Origin: Methanothrix harundinacea
GTDB taxonomy: Archaea > Halobacteriota > Methanosarcinia > Methanotrichales > Methanotrichaceae
Length of the DNA stretch: 64,000 nucleotides
Direction of reading: 5' to 3'
Assembly (NCBI GenBank): GCA_001509375.1
Contig: LGFT01000007.1
Coordinates: 5,122-69,121 of the forward strand
The notes below the pieces were generated by a model. The model was not told the origin of the DNA, did no database searches, and saw only the letters and a list, made by a program, of their open reading frames with translations. Each line of letters starts with the position of its first letter. Position 1 is the stretch's first letter. Shown one piece after another: positions 37,941 to 50,364 of the stretch. The translations under genes were made by a program, and so were the position numbers.

Positions 37941-38845
37941 GCCTCAATATCCCCCGCATATTCGGGATAGGGCCCGTACCTCTTTTTCGACCTGATCTCC
38001 AGTATCCTGTTGTAGATGTTGAACAGGATGACTATCACGACACCAGTGACGATCGCAAGCCAACCCTGGGTGGCCGGATCGAAGATGGTGGTCCGCCAGT
38101 TGTCCAAGAAGACGGTCAGCCCAAAGGCCATTCCAGTGACGGGACCTCCGAACCGAGCGCAGAACCAGGCGTTGTCGATGGAGCTTCGCAGGCCTGCCTC
38201 AGCCTTGGTGACGATGTCTCCGGAGTTGGCGGCGTTCAGCCCGGACCCGAAGGGATAGGCCTGAAACTCCCTCTCTGCACCGTAGTGAACGTCCCCGGTT
38301 GACGACCCTATGGCGCCGATGGCGAGACCCCAGATGAAAGCCACAAGAGGCATCGGGAAGGGGTGCTGAATCGGAAGCCAAGGTGCTGTCATGATGTAGG
38401 AGATGGTGACGACACAGAAGGCAGTGATGTACGCATGTGCCATTATTGTTGTAGTGTGAGTGCGCAGAACGTCCAGGTAGACGTACTGGTTGAACCTCGC
38501 CTGGCTCGTGTTCCTGCCCATGTAGGCAGTAACTGAAAATATGCCGTTGAATATCGCAGCGGCGACCGCTCCGATGGCGATGGCGAAGAACGCGTTCATA
38601 CCGTACCCGGACATTAAGACACTAGCTGTAACTGCGGCAAGGGCGGCGTAAAGAGCGTTCGATGGTGGCTCTCCAGAAATGGCTTTGTTGTAAATTCTGT
38701 GGGGGTGTCCCACCTGAGCAGCCAACTGGACCTGTGAGTTTGGATTGCTCTGAGAACCCACATCGGACTCTAAGTCCTCACTTGCACCGGCTACTGTCGC
38801 AAGGGCACCCATAGCAGCTAGGAGCCCCATGCTAACCATGTCCAT
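37937..38845 (-). CDS. mtrE: Tetrahydromethanopterin S-methyltransferase subunit E
   Basis: A 302-aa polytopic ORF and the first gene of the mtrEDCBAFGH order. Confidence 0.9.
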   Translation of the reverse strand: MDMVSMGLLAAMGALATVAGASEDLESDVGSQSNPNSQVQLAAQVGHPHRIYNKAISGEPPSNALYAALAAVTASVLMSGYGMNAFFAIAIGAVAAAIFNGIFSVTAYMGRNTSQARFNQYVYLDVLRTHTTTIMAHAYITAFCVVTISYIMTAPWLPIQHPFPMPLVAFIWGLAIGAIGSSTGDVHYGAEREFQAYPFGSGLNAANSGDIVTKAEAGLRSSIDNAWFCARFGGPVTGMAFGLTVFLDNWRTTIFDPATQGWLAIVTGVVIVILFNIYNRILEIRSKKRYGPYPEYAGDIEA

Positions 38846-38927
38846 TTGCTCTCCTCCTTTTTAATTCTTGCCAAATCATAGTAATCTATGAAAAATTTGG
38901 CCAGTAACGTACTGACTATCGGTTACT

Positions 38928-38945
38928 GAACTTATAAAGCTTTCG
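38928..38945 (-). promoter_or_regulatory. Candidate BRE/TATA promoter of the mtr operon
   Basis: The minus strand reads CGAAAGCTTTATAAGTTC (BRE-like CGAAAG plus TTTATAA) about 85 nt upstream of the mtrE start. A second TATA-like box (TTTTTATATT) lies at about 39018-39036. Confidence 0.45.
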
Positions 38946-39178
38946 AAATGGTATTGTAACCCCCATTTTCGTTTTTTGCCAGGGGTTTGAAGGGTCTAAA
39001 CGGCTCAAAAAAGAGAATTCGAAGCTTGAAATATAAAAAACACCTATTCGATCCCCGTTCTTATGATTCTCAGCGAGAACGACGGGAGATTGTTTAGAAA
39101 ATCCGATTCGTCTCGGTTTTAGCGCGAGTTCCTCCCCTCGATACCCCTCAATTCCGCCCCGAAACTGCAGTTTTTGCC

Positions 39179-39724
39179 TCACCAGGGCTCTCTCTTGGCC
39201 TTGATCTTATATCCTATTATATTGGTGGCCCTGTGGAGAATGGGCGTTACAATGAGGACGATCAATATGATCTCCCCGGTGAAGTTTTCCAAAAACCAAC
39301 GGGGCGCAAGAAGAAGTGTAAGGACCCAGCTTCCAGCGACGAAGTCTAGCTGGTCGACGAGGAAGAGTGACGCCCCCCTCTCCATCCCCATCCTCCTCTT
39401 GAAGAAGCTGGCGATTATGTCTCCGGCCATCGCCCCCAAGGATAGACCGACGAGGACCATGATCAGCTCGGCTCCAGCCCCGAAGTCTGGAAGGCCGAGA
39501 TCAGGCCTCGAAGATGCGATCGAGTCTAGGATCAGACCAACTCCCACGCCAGCCAGGGCGCCAGCGATCGTTCCCCGGAAGGTCTTCCCATTTCCGAGGA
39601 TCCGGCGGCCGTCCGGGAAACATCTGCCGAAGTCGAGAGGTCTGCCCCCGCCGAGGAGGACGGCGAAATTGTTTGGCAAGTAGGCGGGCAGCATCAGCCA
39701 TATCGCGATTATGAGCGGGTTCAA
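39179..39724 (-). CDS. carS: CDP-archaeol synthase (CDP-2,3-bis-O-geranylgeranyl-sn-glycerol synthase, DUF46)
   Basis: A 181-aa ORF with 5 TM segments. Motifs are [23 protein letters not shown]...[14 protein letters not shown] and FFKRRMG. Confidence 0.8.
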   Translation of the reverse strand: MNPLIIAIWLMLPAYLPNNFAVLLGGGRPLDFGRCFPDGRRILGNGKTFRGTIAGALAGVGVGLILDSIASSRPDLGLPDFGAGAELIMVLVGLSLGAMAGDIIASFFKRRMGMERGASLFLVDQLDFVAGSWVLTLLLAPRWFLENFTGEIILIVLIVTPILHRATNIIGYKIKAKREPW

Positions 39725-39947
39725 AGTCTCCTTACCTCCGGGAAAATCACCATCGAAATCTTCAGATATTCCTTTTATATCAAGCTATCCTACCTCAGTT
39801 TCCGACCCTTCTCGCGGGCGACCAGCTTCGCCGAAGCTCCGAACCCCCAGACAGCAATCGAGATCGTACGGTCCTTTTACCCCCGATGGCAGAGGATTGA
39901 GATTCCTCTGAAGCCTGTTCTCGACGAAAGGCCGGGCCTCGTCGGAT

Positions 39948-39962
39948 CGAAAACGTTAAGTT
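39948..39962 (+). promoter_or_regulatory. Candidate BRE/TATA element for the tRNA gene
   Basis: The sequence CGAAAACGTTAAGTT ends about 23 nt upstream of the tRNA 5' end. Confidence 0.35.
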
Positions 39963-39985
39963 CAACAAGGCGGTGGTGGGTGTGA

Positions 39986-40078
39986 GCGCCGATGGTCTAG
40001 TGGTTATGACTTGGGCCTTCCAAGCGGCATATATCGCGAAGCAAGCCCAAAACCCGGGTTCGAATCCCGGTCGGCGCA
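39986..40078 (+). tRNA. tRNA-Gly (anticodon UCC) with a 21-nt intron at 37/38 (intron 40023-40043)
   Basis: The acceptor stem GCGCCGA pairs with TCGGCGC and is followed by discriminator A. The T-arm is CCGGG-TTCGAAT-CCCGG. The anticodon stem TGGGC/GCCCA carries the loop CTTCCA|intron|A. The intron folds into a perfect helix-bulge-helix-bulge-helix: central helix CTTC/GAAG, two CAA bulges, inner stem GCGG/TCGC. Confidence 0.85.
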
Positions 40079-40112
40079 TCTCGTTTTATGGAACATCGAT
40101 CGATCACGTCAT

Positions 40113-40886
40113 ATGACGAAATCCTCTTCGTTAACTTTATATTCTAAGGAGGCCCCTCTCAGGTTCATGTCGGCTGGGGGGGATATCTCAGATATTCGAG
40201 GATTGCTCGCAGAAAAGATGGCTGGTGAGATAACTTTATCACAGAATCCCGGCGAGACTCTGAAGAAGTGGCGGAGAAATTTCGGCATCACCCAGACCGA
40301 GCTCTCCAACCATCTGAGAATCTCGCCCTCCGTGATTAGCGATTATGAGAGCGGAAGAAGGAGATCCCCCGGCATATTGATCGTCAGCAAGATCATTGAC
40401 GCCCTCCTCACCATCGACGAATTTCGAGGAAGCACCACCGCCCGGGCTTACAGCGCCATGCTCAGCGATGGCGGAAGCTTCGGGAGGATATGCTGCATAT
40501 GCGAATACTCTGAGCCGATTTCTTTATCAAAATTCGTGGATAGAATCGACGCCTGCGTCGTCTGCGGGGACGTGGACGTCAACATTTACGGTTATACGAT
40601 CATCGACAGTTTGAAGGCGATTTTGGAGCTGCTTCCCGATCAATTTCACAAAATATATGGCAGGAGCACTGCGCGGGCCCTGATCTTCACCGGCGTCTCC
40701 ACCGGCAGGTCGCCGATGGTGGCTGTGAGAGTCAGCCACCTCAAGCCCGGGGCAGTCATCCTCCAGGGGATCGACTCCTCCGAGGTGGACGGCGTGGCCA
40801 GGAGAATAGCAGAGCTGGAGAGGATACCTCTTCTCGCCACCACCATCTCGGCCGAGGATCTAGTGACCATTCTCAATCACAGGTGA
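40113..40886 (+). CDS. XRE-type HTH transcription regulator with C-terminal domain (archaeal COG1709-like)
   Basis: This is the 40011..40886 ORF trimmed, because its 5' end overlaps the tRNA. Candidate starts are 40113, 40167 and 40218. The HTH is [34 protein letters not shown]. Confidence 0.65.
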   Translation: MTKSSSLTLYSKEAPLRFMSAGGDISDIRGLLAEKMAGEITLSQNPGETLKKWRRNFGITQTELSNHLRISPSVISDYESGRRRSPGILIVSKIIDALLTIDEFRGSTTARAYSAMLSDGGSFGRICCICEYSEPISLSKFVDRIDACVVCGDVDVNIYGYTIIDSLKAILELLPDQFHKIYGRSTARALIFTGVSTGRSPMVAVRVSHLKPGAVILQGIDSSEVDGVARRIAELERIPLLATTISAEDLVTILNHR

Positions 40887-40890
40887 TACT

Positions 40891-41928
40891 TTGCCCGCGG
40901 GAATAGTGAGCTATGGAGTCTACATACCCAAGTACAGGATACGGGCCAAGGAGATAGCTCGGGTCTGGGGCGAGAGGGAGGACATGGCCCAAAACCTGAA
41001 CGTCTTCGAGAAATCCGTCCCGGACATCGACGAGGACGCGGTGACCATCGCCGTTGAGGCTGCGCGAAACGCCGTCAGGCGAGCTTCCATCGATCCGGCC
41101 AGGATCGGGGCTATCTATGCCGGGTCCGAGAGCCACCCTTACGCAGTAAAGCCGACGGGAACTATCGTCGGCGAAGCCATAGGTGTCGATCATCAGCTCA
41201 CGGTGGCGGACTTAGAGTTCGCCTGCAAAGCAGGAACGGCAGCGGTCCAGGCCTGCCTCGGCCTTGTGACAGCGAACCTCATCGACCTGGGCCTCGCCGT
41301 CGGAACTGACACCAGCCAGGGCGCCCCCGGTGACGCCCTCGAGTACACAGCGGCCGCTGGAGCCGCAGCCTACATCATCGGCCGTGAGAACATTGCGGCC
41401 GAGATAGAGGGGTTCTACTCCTTCACCACCGATACCCCCGACTTTTGGAGACGGGAAGGGATGCCCTACCCAGAGCACGGGGGGAGGTTCACCGGCGAGC
41501 CTGGCTACTTCAAGCACGTGATGAGCGCCACCCGAGGGCTATTGAAGAAGATGGGGACCATCCCAGAGGATTACGATTATGCCGTATTCCACCAGCCCAA
41601 CGGGAAGTTCCCCGTTCGTGTGGCAGGCCAGCTCGGATTTTTGAGAGAACAGATCGAACCGGGCCTCGTCGTCCCCTGGATCGGAAACACCTACTCGGGT
41701 TCGAGCCTCATAGGCCTCGCCGCAACCCTGGACGTCGCCCGGCCGGGGGAGAGGATATTTCTTGCGAGCTTCGGATCAGGGGCGGGAAGCGACGCCTTCA
41801 GCATAAGGGTGAAAGACGAGATAGAGGACGTCCGGAATCGCGCCCCGAAGGTCAGGAACTACTTCGAGAACGTCCAGTACCTCGATTACGCGGTTTACGC
41901 CAAGCACAAAGGGAAGCTACGGCTGTGA
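40891..41928 (+). CDS. Archaeal hydroxymethylglutaryl-CoA synthase
   Basis: A 345-aa ORF. It has [14 protein letters not shown]..., the catalytic Cys region LEFACKAGT, and ...HQPNGKF... Confidence 0.85.
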   Translation: MPAGIVSYGVYIPKYRIRAKEIARVWGEREDMAQNLNVFEKSVPDIDEDAVTIAVEAARNAVRRASIDPARIGAIYAGSESHPYAVKPTGTIVGEAIGVDHQLTVADLEFACKAGTAAVQACLGLVTANLIDLGLAVGTDTSQGAPGDALEYTAAAGAAAYIIGRENIAAEIEGFYSFTTDTPDFWRREGMPYPEHGGRFTGEPGYFKHVMSATRGLLKKMGTIPEDYDYAVFHQPNGKFPVRVAGQLGFLREQIEPGLVVPWIGNTYSGSSLIGLAATLDVARPGERIFLASFGSGAGSDAFSIRVKDEIEDVRNRAPKVRNYFENVQYLDYAVYAKHKGKLRL

Positions 41929-41932
41929 GATT

Positions 41933-43096
41933 ATGAGATCTGTATCGATTATCGGAGCGGGGTGCACCCGGTTCGGAGAGCGGTGGTACGACTCCCTCCG
42001 GGACCTGGTGGTGGAGACCGGCATCATGGCCCTAGAGGACGCCAGCGTCAGCGGCGATGAGATAGACGGCCTCTACATCGGAAACATGAGCGGAGGCAGG
42101 TTCGTGGAGCAGGAGCACATCGGCGCCCTCATCTCCGACTGCGCCGGCCTCTCGAGGCTTCATGTCCCCAGCACCCGGGTAGAGGCGGCCTGCGCCTCGG
42201 GGGGACTCGCCCTGAGGCAGGCGGTCCTGGCGGTGGCGAGCGGCTACTCCGACGTCGTCATCGCCGCCGGGGTCGAGAAGATGACCGACGTCACCGGCGG
42301 CGTCGCCGCCGACGCCCTGGCCGCCGCCGCCGACCGGGAGTGGGAGTGCTTCTTCGGGGCGACCTTTCCGGCCCTCTACGCCATGATCGCCAGGCTTCAC
42401 ATGCACCGCTTCGGAACGACGAGGGAAGAGCTCGCCGCGGTGGCCGTAAAGAACCATCACAACGGGTGCGCAAACCCCATCTCCCAGTACCAGATGGAAA
42501 TCTCCGTCGAGAAGGTCCTCCGGTCCCCCCTAGTCGCCGATCCCCTTCGAGTCCTGGACTGCTCTCCGATCACCGATGGCGCCGCCGCCGTAGTCTTGGC
42601 CCCGACGGAAGTGGCTTCCAAGTACTCCGACGCGCCGATAAAGATTTTAGCGGCGGCCCAGGCGAGCGACACCCTCGCCCTCCACGACCGGAGGGAGATC
42701 ACCACCCTGGACGCATCGGTCTATGCCGCCAGGAAGGCCTTCGATCAGGCGGGCCTCGCGCCGAAAGACATCGACCTCGCCGAGGTTCACGACGCCTTCA
42801 CCATAGGGGAGATCGTTGCCATCGAGGATCTGGGGTTCGTCGAGAAGGGCGAGGGAGGCAGGGCCGCCGAGGAGGGGCTGACCGCCATCGGGGGGAAGAT
42901 CCCCATCAACACCTCCGGAGGCCTCAAGGCCTGTGGTCATCCCGTTGGCGCCACCGGGATCAAGCAGGCCTACGAGATGGTCCTCCAGCTCAGGGGCGAG
43001 GCCGGGAAGCGGCAGGTTGATGGGGCGAAGGTCGGCCTCACCCACAACGTCGGAGGCTGCGGCGGCACCGCCCTCGTCCACATCATGTCGAGGTGA
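41933..43096 (+). CDS. Acetyl-CoA C-acetyltransferase (thiolase)
   Basis: A 387-aa ORF. It has the active-site [16 protein letters not shown], and the C-terminal GGCGGTA motif ([16 protein letters not shown]). Confidence 0.9.
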   Translation: MRSVSIIGAGCTRFGERWYDSLRDLVVETGIMALEDASVSGDEIDGLYIGNMSGGRFVEQEHIGALISDCAGLSRLHVPSTRVEAACASGGLALRQAVLAVASGYSDVVIAAGVEKMTDVTGGVAADALAAAADREWECFFGATFPALYAMIARLHMHRFGTTREELAAVAVKNHHNGCANPISQYQMEISVEKVLRSPLVADPLRVLDCSPITDGAAAVVLAPTEVASKYSDAPIKILAAAQASDTLALHDRREITTLDASVYAARKAFDQAGLAPKDIDLAEVHDAFTIGEIVAIEDLGFVEKGEGGRAAEEGLTAIGGKIPINTSGGLKACGHPVGATGIKQAYEMVLQLRGEAGKRQVDGAKVGLTHNVGGCGGTALVHIMSR

Positions 43097-43100
43097 AGAG

Positions 43101-43505
43101 ATGTCCACAGTGCCGAGATTCTGGAGACACATACCCCAAAGGTATAACCTGGTGGGGACCCACTGCGAAAAGTGCGACGAGTACTACTATCCTCCGAGGA
43201 CTATCTGCCCCAACTGTCGGAGAAACGCCAAGATGGAGGACCACAAGTTCGATGGCCGGGGGACGGTGGTGACCTACACCACCATCTACAACGCCACCGA
43301 CGACTTCAAGAGGCAGACACCTTACAACCTGGCCATCATCGAGCTAATGGAGGGGCCGAGGCTGACGGGCCAGGTGATCTGCAGCCCCGACGAGATAAAG
43401 ATCGGGATGAAGGTGAAGCCGGTCTTTCGGATCCTGGGGAAAGAGGGGGATCGGGGCATAATATACTACGGGACGAAGTTCGTCCCTGTGGAGGGCTCGG
43501 CCTAA
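43101..43505 (+). CDS. DUF35 Zn-ribbon/OB-fold scaffold protein of the thiolase/HMGCS complex
   Basis: This 134-aa CDS starts at the internal ATG 43101 of ORF 42933..43505. It has CEKCDEYYYPPRTICPNCRR (rubredoxin-like zinc ribbon) followed by an OB-fold. Confidence 0.85.
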   Translation: MSTVPRFWRHIPQRYNLVGTHCEKCDEYYYPPRTICPNCRRNAKMEDHKFDGRGTVVTYTTIYNATDDFKRQTPYNLAIIELMEGPRLTGQVICSPDEIKIGMKVKPVFRILGKEGDRGIIYYGTKFVPVEGSA

Positions 43506-43541
43506 CCCTTAATCCTATTTTCTCGCCGGACCAGCCCGTAC

Positions 43542-43577
43542 CTCCAGTTAAGGCTAAGATCTCCAGTTAAGGCTAAG
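43542..43577. repeat. Tandem direct repeat, 2 x CTCCAGTTAAGGCTAAG (19-nt period)
   Basis: Exact 17-mers at 43542-43558 and 43561-43577, in the intergenic region between the DUF35 gene and gyrB. Confidence 0.9.
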
Positions 43578-43671
43578 TATTGAGAGGTCATTTACTCCCT
43601 TCCCGTATCGAATCTGGACGAAAGGATAAGGTATTCGAATAAAATGTGTTGAATCAAAATATCGTAGGTTC

Positions 43672-43709
43672 CGGTTATCGATTAGGCGGGGATAACCGTT
43701 ATATATAAT
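43672..43709 (+). promoter_or_regulatory. gyrB promoter region: 8-bp inverted repeat abutting a TATA box
   Basis: CGGTTATC (43672-43679) and GATAACCG (43691-43698) form an inverted repeat. TTATATATAAT (43699-43709) follows directly, about 50 nt upstream of the gyrB TTG start. Confidence 0.5.
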
Positions 43710-43740
43710 GCGATAATTTGATTTTGGGTTATTTATGTAA

Positions 43741-45654
<1,914 letters not shown>

Positions 45655-45664
45655 TGGTGAGACG

Positions 45665-48052
45665 ATGACGGAGATCGACGTTGAAATAACTTCGGAGATG
45701 AAGTCCTCTTTCATAGATTACGCCATGAGCGTCATCGTGGCAAGGGCCCTTCCAGACGTTAGGGACGGCCTCAAGCCCGTCCACCGACGGATCCTCTACG
45801 CCATGTACGAGCAAGGGATGACCCACGATCAGCCCTACAAGAAGTCGGCGAGAGTGGTGGGTGACGTCATGGGTAAGTACCACCCCCACGGCGACGCCGC
45901 CATCTACGAGACAATGGTGAGGATGGCCCAGGACTTCTCGATGCGCTACCCCCTCATAGACGGCCAGGGGAACTTCGGCTCCATCGATGGGGATCCCGCA
46001 GCGGCGATGAGGTACACTGAGGCCCGCCTCTCCGAGATCGCGGGAGAGATGCTGACGGACATCGAGAAGGACACTGTAGACTTCGTCCCCAACTACGACG
46101 ACTCTCTCAAAGAGCCCTCGGTCCTCCCATCGAAGCTTCCAAACCTCCTCGTCAACGGCTCCACCGGGATCGCCGTGGGTATGGCGACGAACGTTCCGCC
46201 CCACAATTTGAGCGAGGTGGCAGGGGCGGTGGTAAAGCTGATCGACGATCCTGACGCCACCCTCGCCGACCTGATGGAAGAGATCCCGGGTCCCGACTTC
46301 CCCACTGGGGGCTACATCCTCGGAAGCTCGGGCATAGAGTCGGCCTACGCCACAGGAAGGGGGATCATCAAGCTCCGGGCGAAGTCGGTGATCGAGAGGG
46401 AGGAAAAGTCGAAGATAATCGTGACGGAGCTCCCCTACCAGGTGAACAAAGCGAAGGTGGTGGAGACGATCGCCGACCTGATAAAGGCCGACCGGGTCGA
46501 TGGGATCTCCGACCTCCGGGACGAGTCGGACCGGGAGGGGATAAGGCTTGTAATAGAGCTACGGTCCGGGGTCAACCCCGAGGTGGTCTTAAACCAGCTT
46601 CATCGGCAGACACAGCTTGAGACCTCTTACAGCATCATCAATGTGGTCCTCGTCGACGGCCAGCCAGCGACCTTGCCTCTCAAGAAGATGCTGGAACAGT
46701 ACATAGGCCACCGGTCCGAGGTGATCGAGAGGAGGACCCGCTTCGACCTCGACCGGGCCGAGAAGAGGGCCCACATCCTGGCGGGCCTTCTCATAGCTCT
46801 CGAGAACGTCGACGAGGTGATCAAGCTCATCAGGGCGTCCGAGTCGCCGGCGGAGGCCAGGGCCGCCCTCACCGGGGCCTTCGACCTCTCCGAGGAGCAG
46901 ACGAAGGCGATCTTGGATATGAGGCTCCAGAGGCTCACCGCTCTTGAGCGGGGGAAGATCAGGTCTGAAGAGATGGACCTAGAGGTCGCCATCGCCCGGT
47001 TCAAGGAGATCCTCGCCGACTCAAGAGAGGTCCAGAAGATAATAAAGCAGGAACTCTCCGAACTCGTCGGAAAGTACGGAGACGAGAGGAGAACGGCAAT
47101 CATCGAGGCCGAGGTGGAGATCGACCTTGAGGACCTCATCCAGGAGGAGGAGGTGGCGGTGACCATCACCAGCGACGGCTACATCAAGAGGCAGCCCCTC
47201 ACCGCCTACCGCCAGCAGAGGCGGGGCGGGATGGGGGTGATGGGGGCCGAGACCAAGAGCGAGGACTTCGTGACGGACCTGTTTGTAGCCTCAACCCATG
47301 AGTACATACTCTTCTTCACCGACAAGGGCAAAGCCCACTGGCTCCGGGTCTTCGACGTTCCTGCCCTGGGGAGGACCGCCAGGGGCAAGTCCATCGTCAA
47401 CCTCCTCCAACTCGAGGCCGACGAACGAATCACCGAGGCGATCCCGGTCAAGAGCTTCGACTCCGAGGGGTACATCGTCATGGCGACGTCGAGGGGGCAG
47501 GTCATCAAGACCTCGATCAGGGCCTACAGCAACCCCCGGAAGGGAGGGATCAAGGCCGTGAACCTCCGAGGCGATAGCCTGGTGGCCGCAAGGCTCACCG
47601 ACGGCGGCCAGGACCTGATCTTGGCCACGGCCCGGGGCAAAGCCATCAGGTTCTCCGAGGGGGACGTGCGGCCCAGCAACCGGGGCTCCATGGGAGTCCG
47701 GGGAATCACCCTCGAAGGTGACGACGAGGTGATCTCCATGGACGTCGTCCGGCCCGGCGCCGCCCTCCTAACTGTGACTAGGGAGGGGTATGGGAAGAGG
47801 ACGGAGCTCTACGAGTACGCCCCACATCGGCGGGGCGGCAAAGGGATGAAGAACATCGATTCGAGGAGGGGAGACGTTGTCGCCTCCAGGACCGTCTCCG
47901 AGGAGGACGAGCTGATGATCACGACGAAGGACGGCGTCCTGATCAGGATCCCCGCCTCCGACATCCGGATCCAGGGCCGGGCGACTCAGGGCGTGAGGAT
48001 TATGCGCCTCAAGCCCGGGGATGAGGTAGCGGCGGTGGCGCGGATAAACTAG
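45665..48052 (+). CDS. gyrA: DNA gyrase subunit A
   Basis: The ATG at 45665 lies 11 nt after the gyrB stop; the listed ORF begins at 45632 inside gyrB. Motifs are [34 protein letters not shown] (catalytic Tyr) and the C-terminal beta-pinwheel repeats. Confidence 0.97.
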   Translation: MTEIDVEITSEMKSSFIDYAMSVIVARALPDVRDGLKPVHRRILYAMYEQGMTHDQPYKKSARVVGDVMGKYHPHGDAAIYETMVRMAQDFSMRYPLIDGQGNFGSIDGDPAAAMRYTEARLSEIAGEMLTDIEKDTVDFVPNYDDSLKEPSVLPSKLPNLLVNGSTGIAVGMATNVPPHNLSEVAGAVVKLIDDPDATLADLMEEIPGPDFPTGGYILGSSGIESAYATGRGIIKLRAKSVIEREEKSKIIVTELPYQVNKAKVVETIADLIKADRVDGISDLRDESDREGIRLVIELRSGVNPEVVLNQLHRQTQLETSYSIINVVLVDGQPATLPLKKMLEQYIGHRSEVIERRTRFDLDRAEKRAHILAGLLIALENVDEVIKLIRASESPAEARAALTGAFDLSEEQTKAILDMRLQRLTALERGKIRSEEMDLEVAIARFKEILADSREVQKIIKQELSELVGKYGDERRTAIIEAEVEIDLEDLIQEEEVAVTITSDGYIKRQPLTAYRQQRRGGMGVMGAETKSEDFVTDLFVASTHEYILFFTDKGKAHWLRVFDVPALGRTARGKSIVNLLQLEADERITEAIPVKSFDSEGYIVMATSRGQVIKTSIRAYSNPRKGGIKAVNLRGDSLVAARLTDGGQDLILATARGKAIRFSEGDVRPSNRGSMGVRGITLEGDDEVISMDVVRPGAALLTVTREGYGKRTELYEYAPHRRGGKGMKNIDSRRGDVVASRTVSEEDELMITTKDGVLIRIPASDIRIQGRATQGVRIMRLKPGDEVAAVARIN

Positions 48053-48196
48053 GTCGCGGCCTTCCGCCTATCTTTCCCGTGCAGAAATGCTATACTCTAT
48101 ACTAAAGTGATATCCGAGGCCATTTGCTGCCTTCCCGTGTTTGCGAATACGGGGGCCGCAAACAAGGACGAGAAGTATCGGCATCGATCTCGCCCC

Positions 48197-48898
48197 TTAT
48201 TTCTCCTCAGCCTCAAACTCCAAGACGTCCAGAAACCAGAGCCCCTCCCTCTTCGACGCTTCGCTTCTCGCGATCTTAAGCTTCTTTTTGAAGATGGGGC
48301 AGTCGAGGACGAGGGTGTGAAACTCGCCGTTCTCGCCGCAGGGGTCGATGGAGCGGTCGTGTCCCCGCAGGTCTGCGACGAAGCGCTCGTCGATTTTTCT
48401 GCCCAGCCATTCCTCGCCCAGAAGATCGGCCCTGACGGCGACGAGGATCACCACGAACCCGGCTTCGATCACCTCTTTTATGATCTCTTCGGAGTCCATC
48501 ATCCAGATCGGCATGACGAGCTCGATCCCCAGATCTCCACAGATCCTCTCCGCGAGGGCGTTGTGGGTCTGGATGTGGCCGAATACGGCAGAATCGATCC
48601 TCTCGCCCCTCTCGTTCAGGTCCCTGACGACTCTCTTGAACTCCTCCTCGTAGGATAGAAAGCCCCTTCGTATGAGGGGAATTTCCATCGCCTCGGCCTG
48701 GGCAGAGAGGAGGGCCGGGTTCACCTCGTGGGCCCCCTGACGATTCATGTTCCAGAAGCTGAGGAGATATCGGACGATCCTCCCTTGCAGGATCGCCTTG
48801 TAGGCCGCAAGACAACCGTCCTTCCCTCCGGTCCAGGAGATGACCGAAACGCCAGAACCTTTGGCTCCGTCCGGGCGGGATTCGTCTCCCATGCTCAT
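48197..48898 (-). CDS. DUF71 / Dph6-related ATP pyrophosphatase (MJ0570 family)
   Basis: A 233-aa ORF. It has the PP-loop-like ISWTGGKDGCLA, ...AVFGHIQ..., and CGENGEFHTLVLDCPIF. Confidence 0.7.
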   Translation of the reverse strand: MSMGDESRPDGAKGSGVSVISWTGGKDGCLAAYKAILQGRIVRYLLSFWNMNRQGAHEVNPALLSAQAEAMEIPLIRRGFLSYEEEFKRVVRDLNERGERIDSAVFGHIQTHNALAERICGDLGIELVMPIWMMDSEEIIKEVIEAGFVVILVAVRADLLGEEWLGRKIDERFVADLRGHDRSIDPCGENGEFHTLVLDCPIFKKKLKIARSEASKREGLWFLDVLEFEAEEK

Positions 48899-49380
48899 CC
48901 TTCTCCGATCCCTATCGCCCTCTGTATCGCCAGGTCCAGGACCTCGGCGGCAGATCGGATCTCCTCGTCCCCCTCCTCACCCTCTATCAACCGCGACAGA
49001 TCCCGCCGGAGGGGTCCGAGCCGCAGCTCCGCCTCGGCTCGGGGGAGGCCCTCCGCCTCGCCGACGATCTCCTTCAGCCGGGCGAGCCTGCCCCACAATG
49101 GGCTCCTCGATCCCGGACCCAAGGCGTCGATGAGGTTTGAGAGGGCTGATGCCGCCCTCTGGCCGTGCTCCGTCAGATCTAATCTTCTGATCCTCCCCTC
49201 GGGCCGGGAGCTGATCAGCCCCTGGCCCTCCATCTCGGCGAGGATCTTGAGGGTGTGAGGGACAGTGGAATCGATCGCCTTCGCCACCGCCGAGGCGTAA
49301 GCGGGGTCCAGGTCGCGAACGGCGAGAAGCGCCATGGCGGGCTTCTCCCTCAAAAAGAAGAGCTCAGGCCTCTTTTTCAT
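48895..49380 (-). CDS. Winged-helix transcription regulator (MarR/ArsR-like)
   Basis: A 161-aa ORF. It has YASAVAKAIDSTVPHTLKILAEMEGQGLISSRPEGRIRRLDLTEHG. Its stop overlaps the start of the DUF71 gene (ATGA). Confidence 0.55.
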   Translation of the reverse strand: MKKRPELFFLREKPAMALLAVRDLDPAYASAVAKAIDSTVPHTLKILAEMEGQGLISSRPEGRIRRLDLTEHGQRAASALSNLIDALGPGSRSPLWGRLARLKEIVGEAEGLPRAEAELRLGPLRRDLSRLIEGEEGDEEIRSAAEVLDLAIQRAIGIGEG

Positions 49381-49437
49381 TCCATCGTCCCCGGCTCTCC
49401 CCGGACCATCCTCAGCACCCAGCCCAGCCGCCTTCCC

Positions 49438-50322
49438 TCAGAACGAAGATACGTTCTCGTCCTCCGGAAGGTCGGGCAGGTAGACGGGGGCGGCCTTTGC
49501 CTCCTCCGGGAGGGTCACCACGACCGGTTCATGATACCCTCCAAATCTTCTCACCTCCAGGGTATCGAAGCGGATCTCGAGGTTCTCGGGCGATTCGGGC
49601 GGCATCCTCAGGATCCCGGGCCCCGCCACGTAGACGGCTGAGATCCTGCTCTCTGTGGGAAGGCCGGTTTCCTCTGTTACCCAGACGGTCCAGTCCAGCT
49701 CTCTTCCCCTCTCGAAAAGTCCATTCATGTCGATCATCAGGGGGATTCGGGGATCGACGGAGCTTATCTGCCCCAGCATGATCCCGTAGGCGGTGTCGTT
49801 GTCTGGATTGACCTTCAGCCTGACGAACTCTTGGCCGTCTACGTTATCAGAACCCTCTACCACCACCTCGGACCTCTCGATCATCTCCATCAGGTGGGCG
49901 AGCTGGTCGACCTTCTCGATCCCAAACGCTGGGTCGGGCTGAAACAGGCCGATCCACTCGTCACCCATCTTCTGGTAGAGGGTGCTGTTTATGAAGTAGA
50001 CCTCGACGGTATCCTCAGCGGTCCTGTTTCCGGCCAAAGTCGCCCTCGTCGATGTGGAGACCTCCATCGAGCTCTGATCCGTGAGGTTGATCGCCCCCGA
50101 CCACCGGAGGGAGATCACCTCTCCATCCAGGGAGCCATCTCCGTCAAAGTTGCTGAACTCCACCATCTGGTCCATCTCGATCTCGAACCGATAGGATTCC
50201 AGATCACCTGCGGCCTCTGTCATTCTCGCTTCGACCTCACCGCTCGAAATCGGCCTATCTCCGATGCAGCCGGCAAAGGCCGCTGCCGCCAGGGCCAGCA
50301 CCAGCAAGATCCTCTTCGTCAT
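49438..50322 (-). CDS. Putative lipoprotein (LolA/LppX-like fold suspected)
   Basis: A 294-aa ORF with a signal peptide and a lipobox-like FAGC. The mature part is acidic and beta-rich. The family is uncertain. Confidence 0.5.
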   Translation of the reverse strand: MTKRILLVLALAAAAFAGCIGDRPISSGEVEARMTEAAGDLESYRFEIEMDQMVEFSNFDGDGSLDGEVISLRWSGAINLTDQSSMEVSTSTRATLAGNRTAEDTVEVYFINSTLYQKMGDEWIGLFQPDPAFGIEKVDQLAHLMEMIERSEVVVEGSDNVDGQEFVRLKVNPDNDTAYGIMLGQISSVDPRIPLMIDMNGLFERGRELDWTVWVTEETGLPTESRISAVYVAGPGILRMPPESPENLEIRFDTLEVRRFGGYHEPVVVTLPEEAKAAPVYLPDLPEDENVSSF

Positions 50323-50364
50323 CTCCCCCTCTCCCCATTTTGGGCTCGCGATTTTCGGGCCTCC

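Noticed and set aside
38916-39182. 88-aa minus-strand ORF in the mtr upstream region
   Set aside because: It lies in an AT-rich promoter/5'-UTR region and spans the candidate mtr promoter elements (38928-38945 and ~39018-39036). It has no motifs and atypical composition.
39986-40078. Alternative reading of the tRNA as tRNA-Trp(CCA)
   Set aside because: The only 5-bp anticodon stem available (TGGGC/GCCCA) puts TCC at positions 34-36. The acceptor G1-C72/C2-G71/G3-C70 with A73 also fits Gly.
40011-40112. 5' end of the listed 291-aa ORF
   Set aside because: It runs through the tRNA-Gly gene, so internal starts at 40113, 40167 or 40218 are more plausible.
48053-48196. Short repeated TTCCCGTG motifs and small hairpins between the convergent gyrA and DUF71 genes as a possible ncRNA
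   Set aside because: The stems are only 5-6 bp and there is no promoter-like element. The region is more likely a convergent terminator.
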